Part shown: positions 21,237 through 29,678 of the stretch, piece after piece
Numbering within the stretch: the first letter of the stretch is position 1
Layout: every line of letters begins with the position of its first letter
DNA from: Oculatellaceae cyanobacterium bins.114
GTDB lineage: Bacteria > Cyanobacteriota > Cyanobacteriia > Elainellales > Elainellaceae
NCBI GenBank assembly: GCA_033764315.1
Contig: JANRJA010000028.1
Span: 1-64,000 of the forward strand
Direction: 5' to 3'
Length of the DNA stretch: 64,000 bases
The notes under the pieces: generated by a model
Seen by the model: only the letters and a program-made list of their open reading frames with translations
Database searches by the model: none
Told to the model about the DNA's origin: nothing
Made by a program: the position numbers and the translations under genes

Positions 21237-23150
21237 ATGCATTTGAGTGAAGTTACACATCCCAATCAGTTACACGGTCTATCGATTCCACAGCTGAAGC
21301 AAATTGCCCGCCAAATTCGAGAAAAGCATTTGGATACTGTCGCCGCTAGTGGTGGACATTTGGGTCCGGGCTTAGGTGTGGTGGAACTTACGTTGGGACT
21401 GTATCAGACGCTTGATTTAGATCGTGACAAAGTGATTTGGGATGTGGGGCATCAGGCTTATCCTCACAAACTTATTACTGGACGGTATGACCGATTTCAC
21501 ACGCTGCGGCAAAAGAATGGCGTGGCTGGATATTTAAAGCGGTGTGAGAGCAAGTTTGACCATTTTGGGGCGGGGCATGCCTCTACTAGCATTTCTGCGG
21601 CGTTAGGAATGGCACTAGCACGAGATTTGCGGGGCGATCGCTTTAAGGTGGCGGCTGTCATTGGAGATGGAGCCTTGACGGGTGGTATGGCGTTAGAAGC
21701 CATTAATCATGCTGGGCACCTGCCTAAAACCAACCTGTTGGTCGTTCTAAATGATAACGAGATGTCGATTTCTCCGAATGTAGGGGCGATTCCTCGCTAT
21801 CTCAACAAAATGCGGCTAAGCCCTCCGATGCAGTTTTTGACTGACAACCTAGAAGAGCAGTTCAAGCATTTGCCCTTTGTGGGTGAGTCTCTGTCGCCTG
21901 AGTTGAGCCGCATCAAAGAGGGAATGAAGCGTTTAGCGGTTCCTAAAGTTGGGGCTGTGTTTGAAGAGCTAGGCTTTACTTACATCGGTCCAGTCGATGG
22001 TCACAACCTGGAGGAGTTGATTGCTACCTTCCAGCAAGCTCATCAGCACCCAGGGCCAGTGTTAGTGCATGTGGCAACGACAAAAGGCAAAGGATATGCG
22101 ATCGCTGAGCAAGATCAGGTTGGCTACCACGCTCAGTCTCCCTTTAACCTGGCGACTGGGAAAGCGTTGCCCGCTAGCAAGCCCAAGCCACCTGACTATG
22201 CCAAAGTCTTTGCCCACACTCTGGTGAGATTGGCAGAAAATAACTCCAACATTGTGGGGATTACGGCTGCAATGGCAACCGGAACGGGCTTAGATAAGTT
22301 GCAAGCCAAATTGCCAAAACAGTATATCGATGTGGGGATTGCTGAGCAACATGCGGTCACATTAGCAGCCGGCTTAGCCTGTGAGGGGATGCGTCCTGTG
22401 GTTGCTATCTACTCCACTTTCTTGCAACGGGCATTTGACCAGATCATTCACGATGTCTGTATTCAAAATTTGCCGGTGTTCTTTTGTCTTGATCGAGCAG
22501 GCATTGTTGGGGCAGATGGGCCAACCCATCAGGGGATGTATGACATCGCTTATCTGCGGTGTATTCCCAATATGGTGTTGATGGCTCCTAAAGATGAAGC
22601 CGAGCTACAGCGGATGATTGTGACGGGCATTAACCATATCGATGGGCCGATTGCTCTCCGCTATCCCCGTGGCAGTGGACAAGGGGTGCCCCTGATGGAA
22701 GATGGTTGGGAGCCGTTACCCATTGGCAAAGCTGAGATCTTGCGGCAAGGCGACGATCTGCTCATGGTGGGCTATGGCACGATGGTTTATCCGGCGATGC
22801 AAGCCGCAGAAATCTTAAGTGAACATGGCATTGAAGCAACTGTGATTAATGCTCGGTTTGCTAAACCCATCGATACAGAACTGATGCTACCGCTGGCTCG
22901 CCAGATTGGGCGAGTCGTCACCCTCGAAGAGGGCTGTGTCATGGGTGGCTTTGGGACGGCGTTGGCGGAGGCACTCCTAGACGCTGGGGTTGCTGTGCCG
23001 ATTACCCGAATGGGTGTCCCTGATCTATTGGTCGATCATGCTAAACCAGATGAGTCGATGAAAGCCTTGGGGCTGACGGGGCCTCAAATCGCAGAGCGAT
23101 TGCTCCAGCAATGGACTCCTCAACCTCAACCTGTTGTTGTGAGTGACTAG
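21237..23150 (+). CDS. dxs: 1-deoxy-D-xylulose-5-phosphate synthase
   Basis: [30 protein letters not shown]…[20 protein letters not shown]. Confidence 0.98.
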   Translation: MHLSEVTHPNQLHGLSIPQLKQIARQIREKHLDTVAASGGHLGPGLGVVELTLGLYQTLDLDRDKVIWDVGHQAYPHKLITGRYDRFHTLRQKNGVAGYLKRCESKFDHFGAGHASTSISAALGMALARDLRGDRFKVAAVIGDGALTGGMALEAINHAGHLPKTNLLVVLNDNEMSISPNVGAIPRYLNKMRLSPPMQFLTDNLEEQFKHLPFVGESLSPELSRIKEGMKRLAVPKVGAVFEELGFTYIGPVDGHNLEELIATFQQAHQHPGPVLVHVATTKGKGYAIAEQDQVGYHAQSPFNLATGKALPASKPKPPDYAKVFAHTLVRLAENNSNIVGITAAMATGTGLDKLQAKLPKQYIDVGIAEQHAVTLAAGLACEGMRPVVAIYSTFLQRAFDQIIHDVCIQNLPVFFCLDRAGIVGADGPTHQGMYDIAYLRCIPNMVLMAPKDEAELQRMIVTGINHIDGPIALRYPRGSGQGVPLMEDGWEPLPIGKAEILRQGDDLLMVGYGTMVYPAMQAAEILSEHGIEATVINARFAKPIDTELMLPLARQIGRVVTLEEGCVMGGFGTALAEALLDAGVAVPITRMGVPDLLVDHAKPDESMKALGLTGPQIAERLLQQWTPQPQPVVVSD

Positions 23151-23251
23151 CAACGCTACCATAACCATCGCCAATTGATTTAAGACAAGGGGCTTAAGCC
23201 CCTTGTTGGTTCCTAACCTTTGACTGTCTTAGAGGTTGTAGCTGTTGCTAG
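23147..23251. repeat. Small IR-bounded element carrying the palindrome ACAAGGGGCTTAAGCCCCTTGT
   Basis: Ends CTAGCAACGCTAC / GTAGCTGTTGCTAG; perfect internal palindrome at 23185-23206; related palindrome near 52356-52375. Confidence 0.6.
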
Positions 23252-23310
23252 CCATCAGAGTTTTTCTTCGTTAGCCTAATGAATAGGATGAGTTATGGGC
23301 GGTGAAACGA

Positions 23311-23718
23311 ATGAAGGTATTTATCAGCTATGCAAATCCGGATAAAGAGTTGGCAACACGAGTAACTCATGCTTTGAAGGCTTCTGGTTTTCAAGTCTGG
23401 GATGACTCTCAAATTCTTCCAGGTGAAAACTGGAGGGAAAGCATTGCTACGGCCCTTCAAGAATCGGATGCGATCGTTGTCTTACTCACCCCTAGCTCTG
23501 TCCATTCTCCCACTGTTACACAGGATATTGGCTACGCCCTAGGAAAACAAGACTATAAAGGAAAACTCATTCCTGTTGTTGCAGCCTCTACCGAGCAATT
23601 GCCCCAAGAAGAAATTCCCTGGATTCTGAAACGCCTCCGAATGATCCATATCCCTAATCTTGAAGATGATGAAGAGGGATTAAGGGAAATTACCCAAGCT
23701 CTTAAAGCAGTTGCCTAA
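23311..23718 (+). CDS. Standalone TIR-domain protein (TIR_2-like), Asp at the catalytic Glu position
   Basis: KVFISYA…VWDD…ILPGENW…ALQESDAIVVLLT…SPTVTQDIGYA…KLIPV. Confidence 0.85.
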   Translation: MKVFISYANPDKELATRVTHALKASGFQVWDDSQILPGENWRESIATALQESDAIVVLLTPSSVHSPTVTQDIGYALGKQDYKGKLIPVVAASTEQLPQEEIPWILKRLRMIHIPNLEDDEEGLREITQALKAVA

Positions 23719-23821
23719 TTTAAGGCTAGTTACAACGAATTCATCTTTAAGTAAAGTGTCTAAACTGAATGTCAAGGTTTCACCCCTGAAATCGTTGCTT
23801 CATCTAATCCAGTTGCAACTT

Positions 23822-24247
23822 ATGACACCGAGCGAAGCATTTTTGTCTCATTCCAGCCAGGATCAGGAATTTGTCTCTGCATTAGCGAGTGAGCTTCGAC
23901 GTCATGGCGTTCCGATTTGGTACAGCAAAACCAATATTCTGGGGGCACAGCAGTGGCACGACGAAATTGGCAACGCTTTGAAGAGATGTGATTGGTTCCT
24001 GGTTGTTCTTTCCAATAGCTCAGTGGAGTCAATGTGGGTCAAACGTGAGTTAATCTTTGCGCTTCAACAAAATCGTTTTGAGAATAAAATCGTACCTCTC
24101 TTATATCAACCCTGCGATTATGAGAAGCTCTCTTGGGTTTTACCCAGTTTCCAATTCATTGATTTCCAAGGTGATTTTGAGATCGGTTGCCGGGACATAC
24201 TTCGTCTTTGGGGAATTGGTTATCAATCTAGTTCCAAAAAACCATAG
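23822..24247 (+). CDS. Standalone TIR-domain protein (TIR_2-like)
   Basis: AFLSHSSQD…WHDEIGNALKRCDWFLVVLS…SMWVKREL…KIVPLL…QFIDF; ATG at 23822. Confidence 0.88.
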   Translation: MTPSEAFLSHSSQDQEFVSALASELRRHGVPIWYSKTNILGAQQWHDEIGNALKRCDWFLVVLSNSSVESMWVKRELIFALQQNRFENKIVPLLYQPCDYEKLSWVLPSFQFIDFQGDFEIGCRDILRLWGIGYQSSSKKP

Positions 24248-24351
24248 GCTTCTGGTATATTCGACCCCATGTTAAGTTGTGTTGAGGACTGGCAATGCCA
24301 TTAACCTCGGCTATAACAGAAGCATCGTCACTCACCCATCGCCGCTGACCT

Positions 24352-25410
24352 ATGACTTTTACAAACCAGGTCTATCCCGTTGTTTGGTATGAAGACCACG
24401 TTTTGTTGATTGACCAGACTCGTTTACCCGAAGAATACGACCTCGTCCAGATTAGCCGCTCAGATGACATGGCAGAGGCGATCAAGACGATGATCGTTCG
24501 GGGAGCCCCCGCCATTGGGGTGGCGGCTGCCTATGGGATGTATTTAGGGGCACGGGAAATTGAGACGCGCGATCGCGACCAGTTTTTGTTGGAGTTAGAG
24601 ACGATTGCTAAGCGGTTGAAGGCAACTCGCCCAACTGCGGTGAATTTGTTTTGGGCGATCGACCGCATGATGCGGATGGCACGGCAAACGATCGGCCCGG
24701 TGGACTATTTGCAGGAGATCTTGCTGAAAACCGCGCAGGATATCAACACTGAGGACTTGCAAACCTGTCAGGCGATCGGCGATCACGGGCTGTTAGCGTT
24801 GCCCCAAGAACCCCAACAACTCAGGATCTTGACTCACTGCAATGCGGGGGCATTGGCGACCGCTGGGTATGGAACGGCATTGGGAGTAGTGCGATCGGCG
24901 TGGCGAGACGGTCGGCTAGAGCGGGTTTATGCCGACGAGACTCGTCCTCGGTTGCAAGGCGCAAAACTAACCGCCTGGGAATGTGTTCAAGAAGGCATTC
25001 CCATAACGCTGATTACCGATAGCATGGCAGCTCACTGCATGCAACGCCAGATAGTGGATGTGGTTGTCGTTGGAGCCGATCGGATTGCGGCGAATGGCGA
25101 TACGGCAAACAAAATCGGCACCTATAGCCTCGCTTTGGTCGCTAAGGCACATAACATCCCCTTCTTTGTAGCAGCTCCACTCTCAACCATTGATTTTGGC
25201 TTAAGTGACGGGAGCCAGATTCCTATTGAGGAACGCGACCCCGTTGAAATTTACCAAATTGGTGATACTCGCATTTGTCCCCCGGAAGTTGAGTTTTATA
25301 ACCCGGCTTTTGATGTCACTCCAGCTGAGCTGATCGCAGGCATCATTACTGAGCACGGAGTGGTGAAACCGAGTGAGTTGCTCAACTTCCGGGAGAAGCA
25401 AGCGGTTTAG
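24352..25410 (+). CDS. mtnA: S-methyl-5-thioribose-1-phosphate isomerase
   Basis: [51 protein letters not shown]. Confidence 0.96.
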   Translation: MTFTNQVYPVVWYEDHVLLIDQTRLPEEYDLVQISRSDDMAEAIKTMIVRGAPAIGVAAAYGMYLGAREIETRDRDQFLLELETIAKRLKATRPTAVNLFWAIDRMMRMARQTIGPVDYLQEILLKTAQDINTEDLQTCQAIGDHGLLALPQEPQQLRILTHCNAGALATAGYGTALGVVRSAWRDGRLERVYADETRPRLQGAKLTAWECVQEGIPITLITDSMAAHCMQRQIVDVVVVGADRIAANGDTANKIGTYSLALVAKAHNIPFFVAAPLSTIDFGLSDGSQIPIEERDPVEIYQIGDTRICPPEVEFYNPAFDVTPAELIAGIITEHGVVKPSELLNFREKQAV

Positions 25411-25421
25411 CTGAGGCGGTA

Positions 25422-27236
25422 TTATCCGAGCAATTCCCCTGTCTCTTGCAAGGCATGAAGACGGTGATAGATGCCGCCATGTGCCAGCAACTCCTCATGA
25501 CTACCGACCTCCAGGATTTGCCCCTTGTCAAGCACCACAATTTTGTCGGCTTCCCGGACGGTGCTAAGACGGTGAGCAATGATGATCGTGGTGCGGGTGC
25601 CAAGAATGCTCCGCATCGCCAGTTGAATCGATCGCTCTGATTCATAGTCCAGGCTAGAGGTGGCTTCATCAAACACCAACACATCAGGATTTACCAGCAG
25701 GGCGCGGGCAATGCCCAATCGCTGTCGCTGACCGCCAGATAAGCGCACGCCTCGTTCACCCACAATGGTTTTGTAGCCCTTGGGCAACAGGCGAATGAAC
25801 TCATCGACACGGGCGATCGCACAGGCAGATTCGACCTCTTCTGGGGTGGCATTGGGGTTGCCATAGGTGAGGTTATCTAATAGGGTGCCATTAAACACAT
25901 CCACTTCCTGGTGAACGATCGCCAACTGCCGCCGATAACCCGTGACATCGAGCGATCGCACATCCTGTCCATCCATCAAGATTCGCCCTGATTGCGGCTC
26001 AAAATAGCGGAACAGCAACTTCACCAATGTTGATTTGCCGGAACCCGATCGACCCACCAGTGCCACCGTTTGGTTAGGCTCAATTAGCAAATTGATGTTT
26101 TGCAAGACGGGGCGATCGCGATCGTAACCAAAACTGAGGTTCTCAAAATGCACCTTGCCTGTGAACTGATACTGAGGCACTCCTTCTGGATGGGTCAGCA
26201 CTGCTGCATCCGTTCCACTGGGCAACTGCATAAATTCATGAAACCGCAGCATTGAGGCATAGCGACGAGCAAACACTTCTGCCAGAGCACTGATCGGCTC
26301 TAGCTCAGAATACGCCATGCTCGACACGGTCAGCGTTGTGATGAAATGCCCCAGCGAGATTTGCCCACTCAGGGTTGTCCACAGGGTCAGCCCTAAAATG
26401 CCAAACACACAGGCTTGGATAAAGGTGCGTTGCCACGCAAACAGCGTCACATATCCTCGGTGAATGCGGTAATCGACAAAGGTAAACTCACGCTGAAGTC
26501 GTTGTTGTTGTCGGCTTAGCTCAGCCGTTTCGGTAGCAAAAGCTTTGACCGTCTTGATGTTGGTGATGATTTCCGAGGTGCGACTCTCGGTATTTTCCAT
26601 GTAGCGATCGAGGATTTCTTCCTTGTCAGTGAGTTGCTTGAGTTTCCGCAGGGTAAAGCTGAGGATGAACCCAAACGACACTAAAAACAATAGGGCAATG
26701 CGCCACTCAATCAACCAGATCACGACAAAAATGCCGAGAATGCGGAAGATCTTGGGAAACAACTGTCCGGCAATTTCAGGATAGGTCCAGGTGTGGTTTG
26801 ACAACCCTCTGGCAACCCGTCCGGCAATACGACCGGGGTTGTTTTCGTCGTAAAATTCCAAGGGCAGCGTCAAAATCTTGGCGATCGTTCGGGCGGTGTG
26901 GTCACGGCGGGCACGCAGAGCGATATCCCAGTGAAACCAAACCCCAATCCAGGGTTGAATCGGAGCACGAACCACCGTCACTACAAAAATGAGACCCAGC
27001 AACACGGCAATCGACAGCGATCGCCCCGATTCGACATTTAACAAAGCGGCGATTCCATCAATCAAGCGTTGCAACACACCGTCGATGGGTTGGCTAGATA
27101 CCACGTTCAAAATCTGCCCGATCGCATAGGGCACGACCAGATCAATGATTTCAAATAAACTACTGGCGGCGATACTCAACAGGGCGATCGCTCGGTATGC
27201 CCAAAAATAGCGAACTATATCTCGAAACGTTGCCAT
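25422..27236 (-). CDS. ABC exporter, fused TMD + NBD (multidrug/MsbA-like)
   Basis: N-terminal TM domain; GRSGSGKST, LSGGQRQR, VFDEATSSLD, IAHRLST. Confidence 0.95.
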   Translation of the reverse strand: MATFRDIVRYFWAYRAIALLSIAASSLFEIIDLVVPYAIGQILNVVSSQPIDGVLQRLIDGIAALLNVESGRSLSIAVLLGLIFVVTVVRAPIQPWIGVWFHWDIALRARRDHTARTIAKILTLPLEFYDENNPGRIAGRVARGLSNHTWTYPEIAGQLFPKIFRILGIFVVIWLIEWRIALLFLVSFGFILSFTLRKLKQLTDKEEILDRYMENTESRTSEIITNIKTVKAFATETAELSRQQQRLQREFTFVDYRIHRGYVTLFAWQRTFIQACVFGILGLTLWTTLSGQISLGHFITTLTVSSMAYSELEPISALAEVFARRYASMLRFHEFMQLPSGTDAAVLTHPEGVPQYQFTGKVHFENLSFGYDRDRPVLQNINLLIEPNQTVALVGRSGSGKSTLVKLLFRYFEPQSGRILMDGQDVRSLDVTGYRRQLAIVHQEVDVFNGTLLDNLTYGNPNATPEEVESACAIARVDEFIRLLPKGYKTIVGERGVRLSGGQRQRLGIARALLVNPDVLVFDEATSSLDYESERSIQLAMRSILGTRTTIIIAHRLSTVREADKIVVLDKGQILEVGSHEELLAHGGIYHRLHALQETGELLG

Positions 27237-27344
27237 GCGATTTGCCTCCCTGAAGACCCCCGCAGATTTGAGAAAACGGTAGGGTCAAGTACATGTGGGT
27301 GCGATCGCTCTACTGACGATAGAACGATAACCTAACTGTGCGAT

Positions 27345-27458
27345 AAAAATCGACTCAAGCTGATTGAGCAGCTTGAGTGTGACATTCCTAAGTTGGGATT
27401 ACCGAGTGCGAATAGGTTTGCCTACAACCTACTCGTCTTAAAGACTATCCACGCACAT
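27345..27458 (-). promoter_or_regulatory. Putative attenuator leader of the ABC exporter (uORF + two hairpins)
   Basis: AGGA-preceded uORF MCVDSL* at 27458-27438; hairpin at 27409-27435; perfect 10-bp stem ACTCAAGCTG/CAGCTTGAGT at 27353-27378 followed by CGATTTTT on the minus strand. Confidence 0.45.
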
Positions 27459-27560
27459 TAAAGTCCTAGACTACTAATTGTAGTATAAATGTAGTATAAG
27501 TGCAAGCAATCAATTTTATCATTCGTTAAGAAATTGGAGTTTTTTGAAAACTTTAACTAA

Positions 27561-27721
27561 CGTGAATTCGGGATAAGGATTTTGGCGGTTGAAACCGCAA
27601 CTACAGGAGCAAAACCGACCTGCGTCGGTTCACTCAACCCTTGATTTTCTGTAGTTCGCGAAGGCGAACTTCGCTCTGATAGCTGCGAATTTATTCGCTA
27701 GGCTCTTAAACCGAACTGACG
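27561..27721. mobile_element. 161-bp MITE with 8-bp target-site duplication TTAACTAA, containing multi-hairpin repeat copy B
   Basis: TTAACTAA|CGTGAATTCGG…CCGAACTGACG|TTAACTAA; terminal IRs match 9/11. Confidence 0.8.
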
Positions 27722-27736
27722 TTAACTAAGCAAGCT

Positions 27737-29542
27737 TTAGATAAAAGAACTGGCTCTCAAGGCAGACGGGAGAACCCCTAAAAGCTTGGCAATTGAGCGA
27801 TCGCCCACTTCTAAAATCGAGGCATTCCCTTGCTGCAAAATATCGAGATCTCTAAAGTGCACTCCTCTCGGTAGACTGAGGCGATCGCTACCCAAGGCAA
27901 AATCACGAATCAGAGCGAAGCCCTGGCGATGTAACACAAACGTATCGCGTTCTTGATTGCCCACTAACACGTTGTATCCCACCCCACCCACCAGCAGATC
28001 TTGACCTGCACCACCTAAGAGGCGATCGTTGCCTGTACTGCCATACAACCGATCATCCCCATTGCCAGCGATCAGCATATCGTTGCCGATGCCACCATCC
28101 AATGAATCTTCTCCATTACCGCCAATCAGCGTGTCATTGCCACCCAAACCTAAGAGCGTGTCATCCCCTGCTGCACCATCTAGCACATCTCGTCTGGGTG
28201 TTCCTGATACCGTTTCACCTTGAGGATCTAAAACCCACAGTTCATTACCATGAACACCATCACTTGCCTCAAAATAAAGCCTGCCGCCAAACTGAGTGAA
28301 ATTGGCTGGATTGGAGCCATTGCGACCCAGGTTGATGTCTTGAAGCATCCGCGTTCCCGTGGGTGTGCCATCACTCACCCACAGTTCGCGCCCATGCGTG
28401 CCATCGTCAGCAGTGAAATACAGCTTGTTATTAAATTGAAATAACGGCGGATTTTCAAACGACACAGGATTTGAATGACCACTAGGGTTAATGTCTTTAA
28501 CGAGTTGGGTTCCTGCGGTGGTGCCGTCGCTGACCCACAACTCGTTGCCGTAAATGCCGTCATCCGCGGTGAAATAGAGTTTGCCACCTAACTCAGCAAA
28601 AGCGAGTGGGAATGAATGACCACTAGGGTTAATGTCTTTGACGAGTTGCGTTCCGTCTACTGTGCCGTCGCTGACCCATAACTCTCTGCCATGATCATCG
28701 TCATTAGCACTGAAATAGAGTTTGTCACCAACCACAGTAAAATTAGACGGACTCGAACTGGAAGAGCTGATGTCTTTGACGAGTTGCGTTCCTGCTGCGG
28801 TGCCGTCGCTGACCCACAACTCCTCGCCATACAGACTGTCGGTGCCACTGAAATAAAGCCTGCCACCAAACTCAGTAGGAAATTTAGGATTGCCAATGGG
28901 TTTACTCCAGAGAATGGCATTACTTGTGGGATCGATGACTCCTACAGCCGTCATGTCACTGAAATACAGCTTGTCCTGAAATTCAGTAAACGGTTTTGGG
29001 AACAAAATGTCATTGCCACCTATAAGCTGTTGCGTTCCAGTAGTCGTACCATCTGTCACCCAGAGGTTTGTCGTGAAGACTAATGCGCCCTCTTCAGTCT
29101 TGAAATAGAGCTTGTTACCCGCTTGAACAAAAGCTGTTGGATTGGAATTACCATAAAAAATGTCAGGGGGGTGCTCATCAATATCTTTGAAGAGGTGAGT
29201 CCCAAGACCTGTTCCGTCACTCTGCCACAACTCCTGCCCATGCACCCCATCATCAGCACTGAAATAAAGCTGGTTGAGAAAATTTGTGAAAGATGTTGGG
29301 ATAGAGCTATTTGTGCCTGGATAAAGGTCTTTTAGTAGGTGAGTTCCGCTGGGTGTGCCATCGCTGACCCAAAGCTCAGAGCCATGAGCGGGATCAGCGG
29401 CAGTGAAATAGAGGCGATCGCCCAACTGAGTCAAGGCTTGCGGATGCGAGCCTCCGCCACCGGAGTAAATATCTTTAAAGAGTTTGATTACCCCTGCATT
29501 CCGAGTGGACGATGTTGCGGTTGTCCTGGAATGAGTACTCAT
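27737..29542 (-). CDS. ELWxxDGT-repeat surface protein with C-terminal RTX (GGxGxD) calcium-binding repeats
   Basis: Multiple ELWVSDGT…LVKDI repeats; GGNDTLIGGNGEDSLDGGIGND nonapeptides; no Sec signal, so probably a T1SS substrate. Confidence 0.92.
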   Translation of the reverse strand: MSTHSRTTATSSTRNAGVIKLFKDIYSGGGGSHPQALTQLGDRLYFTAADPAHGSELWVSDGTPSGTHLLKDLYPGTNSSIPTSFTNFLNQLYFSADDGVHGQELWQSDGTGLGTHLFKDIDEHPPDIFYGNSNPTAFVQAGNKLYFKTEEGALVFTTNLWVTDGTTTGTQQLIGGNDILFPKPFTEFQDKLYFSDMTAVGVIDPTSNAILWSKPIGNPKFPTEFGGRLYFSGTDSLYGEELWVSDGTAAGTQLVKDISSSSSSPSNFTVVGDKLYFSANDDDHGRELWVSDGTVDGTQLVKDINPSGHSFPLAFAELGGKLYFTADDGIYGNELWVSDGTTAGTQLVKDINPSGHSNPVSFENPPLFQFNNKLYFTADDGTHGRELWVSDGTPTGTRMLQDINLGRNGSNPANFTQFGGRLYFEASDGVHGNELWVLDPQGETVSGTPRRDVLDGAAGDDTLLGLGGNDTLIGGNGEDSLDGGIGNDMLIAGNGDDRLYGSTGNDRLLGGAGQDLLVGGVGYNVLVGNQERDTFVLHRQGFALIRDFALGSDRLSLPRGVHFRDLDILQQGNASILEVGDRSIAKLLGVLPSALRASSFI

Positions 29543-29576
29543 ACAGTTTCTCCTGGTATGAGATGTTAGATTTTAT

Positions 29577-29623
29577 CCCTAATACAAGTTGTCCTTAAGA
29601 CAAGTTGTCCCCAATACAATTGT
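29577..29623. repeat. Three tandem 15-16-bp repeats CC(C/T)(T/C)AA(T/G)ACAA(G)TTGT
   Basis: Units at 29577-29592, 29593-29608 and 29609-29623, just upstream of the ELWxxDGT gene. Confidence 0.7.
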
Positions 29624-29678
29624 ATTTTGGGGATTGTGGGAAGTAGGGCGATCGCCACTAAACGTTAGGTTCGCTCAA

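Noticed and set aside
27583-27700. tRNA gene (cloverleaf-like fold)
   Set aside because: No T-loop GTTCRA, D-loop or acceptor-stem/CCA pattern; it is a dispersed repeat with three copies.
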